Shown here: positions 1 to 11,185 of the stretch, in pieces
How positions within the stretch are numbered: the stretch's first letter is position 1
How the letters are laid out: each line of letters opens with the position of its first letter
Origin: an uncultured candidate division Zixibacteria bacterium
GTDB taxonomy: Bacteria > Zixibacteria > MSB-5A5 > UBA10806
Assembly (NCBI GenBank): GCA_963801605.1
Contig: CAWDFP010000007.1
Span: 256,001-320,000, forward strand
Length of the DNA: 64,000 bases
Direction of reading: 5' to 3'
The notes under the pieces: generated by a model
What the model was told of the DNA's origin: nothing
The model's database searches: none
What the model saw: the letters and a program-made list of their open reading frames with translations, nothing else
Position numbers and translations under genes: made by a program

Positions 1-1
1 T

Positions 2-658
2 GGAAAACTGGCCGCCACTGTGGCGCATGAATTTAAGACTCCGCTTGTAACAATCGGGAGCCACGCTCGTAGAGCCTTAAGGGATGTCAATACAGACAAG
101 TTCAAGAAAAAAGACCTGGAAATAATATCGTCCGAAATCGAGCGCCTGGAGAGCATTACCTCGGAGCTCCTCGAATACACCAGGCCTTCGAAATTCGACA
201 TCGAGTCTCGCAGCATGAATCAATTGGTACGGGATTCGCTTGATTTTATGCGTCACAAGCTGACAGCGTCCGGGATAACGGCAGACATCAAATACTCGGA
301 AATCGATCCCAAGATATTAGTGGATGAAAAAAGATTCAGACAGGTGATGTTGAATATTGTCGACAATGCTCTTGAATCCATGCAGCCGGGGATGACCCTG
401 CGTGTTGAGACACACAAAACGGAAGATGGCGGCGCGGTGGATATAATCGATTCGGGGACCGGTATTCCCAAAGAGATCAGCGATAAGGTTTTTACGCTGT
501 TTTTCACCACCAAATCTAAAGGAACCGGATTAGGCCTGACGATCTCGAAAAAGATCGTCGAAGCTCATGGCGGGTTTATCGAATTTGAATCCAATGAGGG
601 ATGCGGAACCAGATTTTCGATCAATTTTCCCTCGATCGATTTAAATTTGAGTAGATAG
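2..658 (+). CDS. Sensor histidine kinase, C-terminal HisKA + HATPase_c (5' truncated by window edge)
   Basis: H-box AHEFKTPL, N-box QVMLNIVDNA, G1 DSGTGI, F-box FTLFFTTK, G2 GTGLGL; frame open to window start. Confidence 0.93.
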   Translation, partial: GKLAATVAHEFKTPLVTIGSHARRALRDVNTDKFKKKDLEIISSEIERLESITSELLEYTRPSKFDIESRSMNQLVRDSLDFMRHKLTASGITADIKYSEIDPKILVDEKRFRQVMLNIVDNALESMQPGMTLRVETHKTEDGGAVDIIDSGTGIPKEISDKVFTLFFTTKSKGTGLGLTISKKIVEAHGGFIEFESNEGCGTRFSINFPSIDLNLSR

Positions 659-742
659 CGCTACCTTAGGGGTAAAAACAACAGAGAAGTAACATCAATT
701 CGCCAATAGGATTTGGCGAAAGAGGTAGTCAAGGGGGTAGAT

Positions 743-1135
743 ATGATTCCAATAATGATCGTTGAGGACGAAAAGTATCTGTTGGACATCTATACTGATG
801 AATTCAAAGATGCTGGATTCGAGGTTCGATCGCTGTCGACCGGAAAGGAAGCCATCGATTGGATCAGGAAAGCGCGTCCCAGCGTAGTCGTACTCGATAT
901 TAAGCTTGGCGATATCGAGGGGTTGAAAGTCCTCGAGGAAATCAAGGAGTACGATAAAACAATCCCGGTCATACTTAATTCCGCTTATTCAGTTTACAAA
1001 TCGGATTTTGCCAGTTGGATGGCTGACGACTACGTAGTTAAATCATCAAATATCAGCGAGCTGGTCGCCAAGGTTAAGCAGTACGCCAATTTCCCGAACG
1101 GAAAATCAAAAGGTAAATTTGCCTCGACTACCTAA
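743..1135 (+). CDS. Single-domain response regulator (receiver)
   Basis: IMIVEDE, VVLDIKL (phospho-Asp), PVILNSA, DDYVVK; ATG at 743 follows AAGGGGG. Confidence 0.9.
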   Translation: MIPIMIVEDEKYLLDIYTDEFKDAGFEVRSLSTGKEAIDWIRKARPSVVVLDIKLGDIEGLKVLEEIKEYDKTIPVILNSAYSVYKSDFASWMADDYVVKSSNISELVAKVKQYANFPNGKSKGKFASTT

Positions 1136-1188
1136 CTCTTCTTCGCTACGCTTACGCCAGATGCGCATTTGATTGGGAATTTTCGCGA

Positions 1189-3117
1189 TTATCGAATAAT
1201 AATAAGTTTTCTCTTTGATTCAAGATCGCCGGATTTGAGACGCGCGAAATAGACTCCGCTTGCTGATGCCTGTAAATCATTGTTGCACCCGTCCCAAATA
1301 ATGGTATGACGGCCTGCTTGCTGCTGCTCATCCGCGAGAACCCTTAAGCCCTGTCCCATGATATTATATATTTCCAAAACCACATGAGCGGAAACCGGCA
1401 GCTCATAGGAAATCATTGTTTCGGCGTTAAAAGGATTAGGATAATTCTGTAAAGAAAGATAATCTTCCGGTATTACCGCATAATCCGAATCGATTTCATC
1501 CGGCCCGATTCTATTTCCGCCCGCTATTAAATAAATTTTCCCGCCAATTCCATTGAGCATTTGTTGACCTGCTATTATATCCGGGATGCTATCGCCATTG
1601 ACATCGGGAATTGGACGGATCGTCAGTATCCGGGAATCAGTAGGGGTTGACCAAATCGTCGCCCCGGTCGCGCCGTTTATCAAAATTATATTTCCGCTGA
1701 ATGAACCGGCAATCACCTCAGAGATACTATCACCGGTAACATCAGCCGTTGATCTTATTGCCCAAACATCATCTTCTGCGTTATTTCTCCACAGCTCGTG
1801 GCCATCGGCTCCTGATAAAGCCAGCGCATAATGGCCCCAGGACGCTATCAGTACATCCTCGCGGCCGTCACGATTAAGATCGGGGCACGCCAGCGCCCGG
1901 ACTATAGGCTCACCAACCGGAGCGATCCAAATGGAATGAGTAACCGAGCCACTATCGGGATGGCCCGATAAAGCTATAATTCTGTCTCCGGCGTTCAAAG
2001 TCCCCACGATAACGTCATTGAAACCATCGCCATCCAGATCGGAAATGCGATCCACTGATTGAACGGAAGCATTGGTATGATAGGTCCATAGAACCCTTCC
2101 GGAATCAAGAGGCGCCCCGGAAAGACAGAGGACTCTGTCATCGCCATCCCCCGTACCCAGAATAGCATCCGCAGTACTGTCTCCGTCCACATCATCAAGA
2201 CGGCAGACCGAATAGACCACATCGGAAGCGGTTTTCCTCCAAAGCCTGTTACCATCCGCCCCGTTGAGACAAAAAGCCATATTGGCGTCGGAACCCAAAC
2301 CAGCGAGAATTTCGGGAACGCCGTCATGATTAACATCTCCCATCGAAGCCACACTATAGATCCATCCGCTGGGGGTATGCACATAGGTACTGTACGACCA
2401 GATTGTCTGGCCGCTGCGACTCTCAATTCCGAAGACTGAACGTGATCCCCAGGCGGTACCCAGAACGATATCCTGCGAGCCATTGCCGTTGAGATCGCCA
2501 ACCGGAATCAAACATTGATCTCCGTAGCCGCCGGAATTGGATGGACCTCCGAGAGGTCTGGCGGACCAGATTAACTGCCCTCCGCCCTGCCCGGAACCTG
2601 AGATACACATAAGATTATTGCCAATAACGCCGTTGTTATACGATTCCGCAACTACATCGGGAAAGCCATCATCATTGACATCGCTTGTAGCGGTCACAGA
2701 GACAACATCTGCGATTCCCTGATAAGTCCAGATAATTTCTCCCGGTGTATATGCCCTAACTCCGGATGCCAACAGCGGTAATATAAAATTCGGCGTCACG
2801 AGATCATTCGATTCAATCGTGATAGCCCCGTTATGAACGCTCTCCTCTGAGGGTTTGAATACTATCAGAAAACTGTGACGTTCCCCCAAACGAATTGTAT
2901 CTGGAAGTTGCGGCGATGTCAGTACGAATTCGGAATCGGGCATACTTATTTGGGTAATCACTAATTCCCCATCACCGGCGTTAGCAATCCTCAGATCGCG
3001 CTGGTGGCTGCCCCCGGTTGAAACCATACCAAAACGCAGGGTATCAATGCTGATACCAATTATCGGTTGAGCTAAAGCGCTTGAGACGCTAAGAAGCAAG
3101 TAAATTATGATTTTCAT
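1189..3117 (-). CDS. Secreted FG-GAP/PQQ-like beta-propeller protein with N-terminal Ig-like (ASH-type) domain and FlgD/T9SS-A-like CTD
   Basis: Signal peptide; repeated DxNxDGxxD motifs with GxxIW repeats; C-terminal QNYPNPFN...SGVYFARL. Confidence 0.8.
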   Translation of the reverse strand: MKIIIYLLLSVSSALAQPIIGISIDTLRFGMVSTGGSHQRDLRIANAGDGELVITQISMPDSEFVLTSPQLPDTIRLGERHSFLIVFKPSEESVHNGAITIESNDLVTPNFILPLLASGVRAYTPGEIIWTYQGIADVVSVTATSDVNDDGFPDVVAESYNNGVIGNNLMCISGSGQGGGQLIWSARPLGGPSNSGGYGDQCLIPVGDLNGNGSQDIVLGTAWGSRSVFGIESRSGQTIWSYSTYVHTPSGWIYSVASMGDVNHDGVPEILAGLGSDANMAFCLNGADGNRLWRKTASDVVYSVCRLDDVDGDSTADAILGTGDGDDRVLCLSGAPLDSGRVLWTYHTNASVQSVDRISDLDGDGFNDVIVGTLNAGDRIIALSGHPDSGSVTHSIWIAPVGEPIVRALACPDLNRDGREDVLIASWGHYALALSGADGHELWRNNAEDDVWAIRSTADVTGDSISEVIAGSFSGNIILINGATGATIWSTPTDSRILTIRPIPDVNGDSIPDIIAGQQMLNGIGGKIYLIAGGNRIGPDEIDSDYAVIPEDYLSLQNYPNPFNAETMISYELPVSAHVVLEIYNIMGQGLRVLADEQQQAGRHTIIWDGCNNDLQASASGVYFARLKSGDLESKRKLIIIR

Positions 3118-3137
3118 TTCCCGCCGCCGCCATAAAC

Positions 3138-3170
3138 AAAAACCGTCCCGGTTTCGACAGGACAGTTTTT
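3138..3170 (-). terminator. Intrinsic terminator
   Basis: Minus strand AAAAACUGUCCUG/CGGGACGGUUUUU hairpin with U-tract, downstream of the M14 gene. Confidence 0.6.
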
Positions 3171-3215
3171 ATTGCATTATTGTAACAATGTCTCTCCACC
3201 AGGTTTTTGGGGAGG

Positions 3216-5358
3216 TCACCTGAGTAGAATCATCTTATCCGTCAGGATCTTATCCCCTACCATCAAGCGGTAAAAATATACGCCGCTCTTTACTTCGTGT
3301 CCACTATAATCGCGGGCATTCCATATCAATCTTTGCGAGCTGCTGGCGCCTCTCAAATAATAATCCTGCACCAGCCTGCCGCCGATGTCAAAGATATCCA
3401 ACTGCCCGCTTTCACCGGGCGGAACGGTCAGCATTATTGCTGTTTCCATATTGAATGGATTAGGATAGTTATGTTCCAGACTCACAATTTGAGGCAAAGG
3501 GCTGCGATCACCAACACCCTGAGAGCTTAAATCCAATCGAAAAAATCTCAGACTTGAATAAGGTCCCCAAACAGTGCTATCGCCTCCCTTGACTCGCCAG
3601 TAAAAAAGAGAATCGTTTCCCGGCAACCTTGCGGAAAGCGACGTATCAGTCAAAGCGGAATCTATTCGAACTGCATGGTTTAAACTGGAATCGGAATAAA
3701 GCTCGAATAAATATTTGGAAACTAAAGCTTGATTGCGCCAGATAAACGCGGTCGTCGTATCGGTTATGATTGTATCCTGCGGAGGGTAAACAAGCTCGGG
3801 CGCTAGATGGACCCGGAATTAGTCCAAACGCCATTAGTGTAGAAAATGGCCCCCAGCCATAAGTGTTGCCGCCTCTGACTCTCCAGTAATAGTTCGGATT
3901 TGTCACCGGAAATACGGGCGCAACGCTTGAATCTGTAACCATGGTATCTACAAAAGCGATATTTTGGAGCGTTGAATCGGAATATATTTCAAATTGATAT
4001 CTGGTGGCATATACTGATTGATGCCAGCGGAAAATTGGCAGGCCATAGACGGTAGTATCATTTGGAGGATAATAAGGCATCGGAGCAGGCGGACGGGGAT
4101 TAATCGGAGGGAGTAATTTATCTATAACTGTGGGACCCCCGGTACTTCGTACCACAACGCTGGATACGGTTCGCGTTCGGTAGCCGGTTTTTATGAATTG
4201 CAAGGTAAATGTGCCCCCTTCGAGAATACGCCTATAGCGGCCGGTGTCCGGTCTGGAAAGACGAGGCCTGATATCGGCATTGGTTCTCTCCACAACTTTC
4301 ACTTCGGCTTCGATAGGTTCCAGCGTGACTGAATCTCTGATAACACCGGTAATCCCCGGCCCCAGCGCCCGGCTTAGCAGAAAATATTGTCCCGGCAGAT
4401 GATGAGCACAAATGCTGTCGACCAGAACCGGATTTTGAATGGTTGTATCCGAAATTTCTACTGAGAATGATGCTGTTCCAAAATTGGCGTAGAAATATGT
4501 CTTGAAATCACCTTTGTCGACCAATCCTCTCCTGGCTTCATAAGTGGAATCGCGGGCATCATTGAGAATCCGGCTGCAGAATTGACGGCAAATGGTATTC
4601 ATCAGGGCTTCATCCGGAGACATACCGTTTCCTGCCGGCGGATACCAGTACCAATTATAGTATGCTTTTTCCGCCCGTCCATAGGTTGGCGAATGGTAAT
4701 CGAGCGCCACCAGCGGACGGTAATGCCAGGCAAAATCCCTCATGGCGATATTTTCATTTTGACTAAATGGAGCCGTTCCTTTGTACTGCAGGGATTCAGG
4801 GACAATGGCGTCGGGAGCGCTATCGAGTGTCCACCCGAAATCGTAGTTGCGATTATTGTCGACACCGTCGTGAAAATTGAAAATACCGTCGTGGTTGTTG
4901 TCGTATTTATTCTTACGCCAGTCCGTATCGCCATTTTCAACAACAATATGTCCTTCAGGATTGATAAATGGCACACAGAATATCGCCAGGTTATTGATAT
5001 AATTTAATGCCACCGTATCGCCGCTGGCATATCGCGACATTATGTTCTGAATGAATGACATTACGACTTCAACGCCTAACACTTCGTCGGCATGCACTCC
5101 GCCGCAGTAAAATACCGCCGGTTCATCTTCATCGACATTGACGTTATCCGAAATCTTGAAACGCAAAATTGGTATTGAATCGCGTGACGAATAGCCCATC
5201 GTATCCAGGCGGCAAACTTCGGGATAAGTGTTTTGCAGATTACTCAATAACTGCAGCGCCTGGCTATAACGAGTATATCTTTCAGGAAGCTGCGCTTGAG
5301 CGATCCCTATCGCTATGAACAAAATTAATGATACTAAAACCAACCTTCGTAAATGCAT
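3216..5358 (-). CDS. Secreted M14 zinc carboxypeptidase with carboxypeptidase regulatory-like/Ig repeats and CTD; frameshift near 3810 joins ORFs 3646-5391 and 3216-3653
   Basis: GVHADE, NPEG, GVDNNRNY, DYHS, SVEI motifs; shifted frame reads LAPELVYPPQDT...SALTDTS straight into the CTD ORF (HNYPNPFN). Confidence 0.85.
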
Positions 5359-5409
5359 TACTCCTTCTCCTGCTGATAGTTCGCTTATCAAGGCGAATTA
5401 TTCCCATCG

Positions 5410-8400
5410 TTACTTTAGTAGCGTCATTCTCCTCGAAACTACCTTATCTCCCATCGTGAGTCGATAGAAATAAACACCCGAGGCCGAATTTTCGGCATTC
5501 CAGATCACACTATGTGATCCGGCTCCGAAATCGTCGTCGGCCAGGGTCTGTATTTTCTGTCCTAAGACGTTAAATATATCGATTGTCACATGTTCATTTT
5601 GCGGCAAATCAAACTTTATGGCCGTAGAGGCATTAAACGGGTTTGGATAATTTTGTGATAGAGAAAATTCATCAGGCCTGACCGGATCATCGGCGGCAGT
5701 CGAATATAATGAACCGGTCGTAAACTTAATCGCCCGTCCAGCAACTACCGGCGCTGCACCCGGATCGTAACGGCCGTTAAATGAATATCCGATACCATCC
5801 CGCCTGTCCGGCGAACAGATTCCCGCTGACATGGTATTTACGGCTTGAGCTATATTATATTGAATAATAATATCGTTATCGTTGGTTAGTGTTGGCCAGT
5901 TAGTCTCATTTAGAATTATTATCTCAAAAGTTTGTTGACGCGAATTATCTCCATCGTAGGCGTTACGCCAGCCGATAATAAAACTGGCGGTGGTAGTATC
6001 GTAATGATAATAAACGTGCAACGGAACCTGCGTAAAATCGTCCCAGAACGGCGCAACCATTGCTTCGGGATCTTGCGGCGCCGGTATGGGAGCGTTGTAG
6101 AAATTAGCAAACCAGGTCCTGCCGAATGTAATGAAACCGTTGTCACAAATGGTAATGCTATCATAAACCTGACCGTAATATTGGACTTGAAACGGCAAAC
6201 CAATAGTGGCGACTTCGTCGTCACCCAGCGTAACGCTTGGCCAGGCGGTACTGATATCTATCCAGTTGTACGTTGGACGGTCCACATAGCCTGAGTCGGT
6301 ATTATCGAAACAGTAATATCCGTAATTATCGGGTCCGATTGGATCATGGGTGGCAATCGTGCCCACTGTCTTGCTGAAAGATGTGCCGACGATCTGCGGC
6401 CCCTGGCCCTCGAATTGTACCGCGAAATTAAGATGATGACCCACATAAACGCTGTTGTCTACATCGATCATAAAGGGATGAGCGCTATTGCTGCTGGTAT
6501 CACCTGGCATTATTGAGTTTAATGTAACCAGCGAATCAAATATCACAACATGGCTATCTCCGGAACGAAGTACCGCTATCGGATTGATCAGGGGCCTGTT
6601 TCCGACATTTCTGGCATGAACCACCAGCCCAACCATTTCGCCGGGATCGATCTGCCCATTATCATAATCGAGCACTACCGAAACCGAATCGAATGAGATT
6701 TGGGCGGCCTCGATGGGAATTCTGACGATACCCTGCCAGCTATGTCCGGATGAATCGGAGATATCGAACATAAAAGGCACCACCGCCCCATTTGGGATAG
6801 CGGCGCCAATATTTACTATAAACGGTCTGTCGGGGGAACCGGACGACGCTGGAGCTATCGATGCATAATATGCGGTATCCCGTCCCACGGTAATTCCCGG
6901 CATCGGCGATGATATCCTGGCTTTAACGGCAAAAGCGGTATCGCTAAAACCATAATTAGCCAGGGTTAGTCCCAGCTCAATCCGTTCGGACGGATTCATG
7001 ATACCATTGCCGTCACCCAAAGATTCCCCGCTGGAATCGTCGTCAATAGTATATGATTGGCAGCCAACTGCCAACGGACTGGAAACAATGTTAATTGAAT
7101 CTTCAAAAGGAATAAAGCCTCTGTTTGTAACTGTTACTCTCATCTCCCCCGTTGTCGCTGGTTGGATCAAGAATGAATAATTGCCCTCGACACCCGTGTT
7201 GCCGACTGCAAAAATCTCGTTCTGTTTCCACAGACAAACAACGGCCCCTTCAAGCGGATCGCCATGCGTATTTTCCACGAGAACATCAACCCGGTTTTGG
7301 CCAAAGGGAATGGAATCGGCTACAGTCACTACCTGTGCCAAAGGTACGCCGGTCCAGCAATTAACTTCCGGATCACCAAGATCGTTGTAGCTGTTAAAAT
7401 AAAGCTCGACCTCGCCATTGGCGCCTCGATCGCCGGGAAACGCATTGTAAAGCGTCATCTTGCCCATCAACTCGGATTGAGCCAGCGTAGTCACATTTTG
7501 GACGAATAAACCCCAATAGATACCTACATCGATAGCGTTAGTCCAACGCGTATGGGCGTCATGATTGCTGTTTCCGATAAATCCAGGGCCGCCCTTGTTA
7601 TTGGCGCGAATCCAGGTTTCGCCGAAACAAACATCTACGCCGGTATCGGTGTCGTTAAAATCGCCCGTGCCGCAGACCACTGATGTCATAATGGAAAATC
7701 TTTGCGTCGTGGCCAATTGCATTATATTTGACGATGTGTAAGTGGGTGGCACCCAGCCATCCGCGGTGCCATAACCGCGATAATTTACATAGCTCACGCC
7801 ATTATTAATAGAGGCGTTAATCTCTTCAGGGGTAACCTCTCCGGAATAGCTGGAAAAAAACGTATCAACCTCTGTATAGCCGTGCTCCATCATCGTCTCG
7901 CGACACCAGAGCTTGGTCATTCGAGGACTGAGAAATGAATAGCCATCGCTGCCTGCCACCATGGTACCCCTCAAATACCAATCGGTATCGGTCATGTATG
8001 GCGTGCGCTCATATTTAAATAGTTTATTTAAATAGGCGGTAAATTCGCTGGCATAATCAATTGATATTCTTCCTATCAGAACATCGGGGAAATAGTCGTT
8101 GCCGTAAAGAAATGTGAAAAAATTATCGGAGTCAATACTTCCAAAACCGAATGGATTCGAATAAGCCTTGGTAGCGATTCCATAAGCGTTAGGCATGACA
8201 ACATCGCCGATAATTACGATATAATCCGGTTTGATCTGAGCTCTATCGAAACGATTGCGAATCGAATCCCTCATCGGAGTGTAGCTATTCGTTCCCAGCT
8301 CCCTCTTGGAGATAGTCACTACGTCAAATCCCTTGGCCTTTTTCCAATCTACCAGCGGCTGAATATTGGTTCTAAACGTATCGGGGTATATGATCCAGTA

Positions 8401-9076
8401 AGCGCCACGGGTTGCTCTGATCGGATCGAATACCATTGGGTTATCAACCAGTGCACGGTAAACCGGCAAGAACGCTTCCGACAAACTGGTTTTCGAAATT
8501 GGTTATCTGCGTACCGGGATGGCTGACCTCTATCTCTAATTCATTGCAAACCCTAAGCTGATGATTTTGAGGATCATATTGTACGGGCGAAATAGTAATC
8601 GCATAAAGCCTGAGGTCGCGCATCACTCCCGCAACTTCGCCCCGTACCAGATCAGGCTGGGCATTAAGTTCGATATTGCCCTTTTGAGGCGCTAAGGCAT
8701 CGAGTTCCTCCTGGTCGGCAGCTGCCAGGTTGATGTTATCGAGCGTGGAGAAATTCGATGACATCACTCTGATCGCGGGATCGGAGTCAAAAGGGATGGC
8801 AATCAGACGGGTAATCGTGGGAAGCACTGATGACTGGCTCCCAAGAAACGATCCCCGCGATTGGCTGAACTCTTTCGGAAGCGATATCTCGATCTGGCCG
8901 TCCGAACCAGCATTTTCATAATCGAGTTTCCCGATTTTCAGATCGATTACCGTGAGACCGGGCATTTGAACAGTCGCGGTTACTTGCGATACACCATCAT
9001 TAAGCGTAAATGAATTATTCTCCGCACCAAATACCATTACAGGAAGAAAAAAGAGGATTAGCAGCTGCCTAAACAT
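5410..9076 (-). CDS. Gingipain-like C25 cysteine peptidase (propeptide + catalytic + Ig/nidogen-like modules + CTD); frameshift near 8485
   Basis: LVDWKKAKG, YIVIIGD, DVLIGRI, NYRGYG, VVCGTGDF, LGDPE; ORF 8444-9076 has signal peptide and C25 propeptide-like LPTITRLIAIP...PVQYDP. Confidence 0.85.
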
Positions 9077-9372
9077 AAAAACCTCCGAAAGGTTATGTCA
9101 TAGGGATAGAATCACCGGCTATCCCGCTAAAAAATCCATTCGATTAACAGATTTACGTTCCCTGGCGTTCCCAAAGTTAGGTTTCCATAAAATTCGCATT
9201 ATAATAATATAATGGCTTTGTTGGCGATAAGGGTAACTTTTTCCATTAAATGATAAATTCTCATTGAAAGTAATTATCATGGATACTTATTGTTATGTTA
9301 ATTCGTTTTAATCAGTTTTATGCTATAATACTTTGCATAGCTGACGGTCATATATTGGGCGCGGTATCCAAT

Positions 9373-9402
9373 AAAAATGGGGATTCAGTAACGAATCCCC
9401 AT
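9373..9402 (-). terminator. Intrinsic terminator
   Basis: 10-bp perfect stem ATGGGGATTC/GAATCCCCAT followed by U-tract on the minus strand. Confidence 0.7.
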
Positions 9403-9456
9403 CATTTTATCCGATAAGGCAAAACTGCCTGATTTTATCCTGATTACTCCGAAAAT

Positions 9457-10989
9457 CTAAGGCAGTTTCTTCATTCGCCCGTCGATTTTACTCGCGATCG
9501 TCCCGCCTGCGTTCTGGACCGCTTCGAGAATAAGCTGGGTCAGCCCCAGCTCAGTATCCTTTATATCGGAGACCTCAAATCCGAAATACTTATCCGAATT
9601 GGCTTTAGCCACATAGTCGATAGATGTGGCGCTATAGACCTTATTGGAATCGATTGCAACTCCATTAACTGTTACAGAAACTAACTTCGGTTTACCGGCC
9701 TCATCCTGCCAGCTATAAGATAGTCCGCCTATTTGAAGTGAACCCTGGTAACTGTCTCTTTCCAATCCGATATTGATCTCAGCAATCTTAATCAACTGCC
9801 GCCCGGTGAGAGCGAATGTCACGATTTTATTTTCAAACGGCAGGATTTCATATATATCCATTTTCCTTACGGGTCCGGCATCCAAATTCTTCCTGATTCC
9901 ACCGGAGTTGAGGAAAGCAACGTCGGTTTTCATCCGGTTTTTCATGGCGTCGGCGAACCAGTCTCCAATATTCGATTCAGCGCGATACTGGGTCTCCCAC
10001 TTTTCCTGAAGCTGGGCGATTACTACGGCATATTCATTGTCGATCACTGTTTTGAAGCTGTCCACCAATGCGGCTATTTTGGGATCGGCTGTGATTCCGT
10101 TAACATACATCGGGATTAATTTGCCGTTATAGGCCATAACCGTATCCCCGGCGACCGTCAGATCAACTCGTCCCAGGTTTCTGCAATTGGAACCGGTCTG
10201 CGCGATCAGGACTCCGTTGACCCTCTCGAGCGTATCCAAACGGGTGTGGCTATGCCCCCCCACAATTAGATCAATTTTATTTCCGATCGTTTGGGCCATG
10301 GCGCGATCGCGTTCTATCCCCAGATGAGAAAGCACAATTATAAGATCGGTGGCCGAATCGATCTCGGCGACATACCTGGCTACTGCCGGGATTGGATCTA
10401 TCGATACAAAACCATCTAACTTATCTGGACTGGCCATGCCAACCATCTCGTGGTAGGTAAGACCGATAACTCCCACTCGTAAACCGTCGATTTGATAAAT
10501 ATGATATGGTTCTTTTGCAAATAATAACGGAGCGCCGTTATCGACCATCTTTATGAAATTTGCGCAATAAACCGGAAATTGAGCCATCTTTATCAGGTTG
10601 CGAAGATTATCCGCTCCTTTATCGAAATCATGATTTCCAAAGACCCAACCCTGATAGCCGATCGTATTCATCATATCGATTAAAGCGCCGCCATAGGCCC
10701 CATCATATTTAATATCACATATAAGGGTGCCGGTCATAAGGTCGCCGGCATCCAGAAGAAGGCTTCGCTCTGATTTGCCTCTCTCCTGTTTGACATAATA
10801 ATCAAGCGCTGTAAAGCCCCCGATCATCGGCTTTTCTTTTTCCCAGGTCGCCACGGATGGCAGATAACTGCCATGCATATCATTGGTATGAAGTATGGTA
10901 ATTTTAGTCGGGTTTTGCTGGCTTAAGCATGAACCCCCGATCAAGAGCATAACGATAAATGCGCTAAGCAAGATTACATTTTTTTTCAT
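9457..10989 (-). CDS. Secreted bifunctional metallophosphoesterase/5'-nucleotidase (UshA-like)
   Basis: ILHTNDMHG, DAGD, GNHDFD, LSHLG, GGHSH, NSGGIR, ILPFEN. Confidence 0.92.
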   Translation of the reverse strand: MKKNVILLSAFIVMLLIGGSCLSQQNPTKITILHTNDMHGSYLPSVATWEKEKPMIGGFTALDYYVKQERGKSERSLLLDAGDLMTGTLICDIKYDGAYGGALIDMMNTIGYQGWVFGNHDFDKGADNLRNLIKMAQFPVYCANFIKMVDNGAPLLFAKEPYHIYQIDGLRVGVIGLTYHEMVGMASPDKLDGFVSIDPIPAVARYVAEIDSATDLIIVLSHLGIERDRAMAQTIGNKIDLIVGGHSHTRLDTLERVNGVLIAQTGSNCRNLGRVDLTVAGDTVMAYNGKLIPMYVNGITADPKIAALVDSFKTVIDNEYAVVIAQLQEKWETQYRAESNIGDWFADAMKNRMKTDVAFLNSGGIRKNLDAGPVRKMDIYEILPFENKIVTFALTGRQLIKIAEINIGLERDSYQGSLQIGGLSYSWQDEAGKPKLVSVTVNGVAIDSNKVYSATSIDYVAKANSDKYFGFEVSDIKDTELGLTQLILEAVQNAGGTIASKIDGRMKKLP

Positions 10990-11105
10990 TTCAATCGCCT
11001 CTATTTTTCGAAAATTAGCATTCAAAAAGCAAACAAGCCCCGTCTGTTATAATTCTTCACGAAATACTACATAATTGGTGGCCGATTGTCCAGATGATAA
11101 AAAGT

Positions 11106-11131
11106 AAAGGGCGCGCCGTCGCACGCCCTTT
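11106..11131 (-). terminator. Probable intrinsic terminator
   Basis: AAAGGGCG...CGCCCTTT inverted repeat downstream of malic enzyme. Confidence 0.55.
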
Positions 11132-11185
11132 AAGAATCTGTACTTTGGCTGGCAGACGCCCTCATCTGCCGCCTAAACGTTTATA

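Noticed and set aside
9160..9190. GGAAACC...GGGAACGCC upstream of the C25 gene resembling a c-di-GMP-I core
   Set aside because: Stems do not pair as required; only simple hairpins nearby
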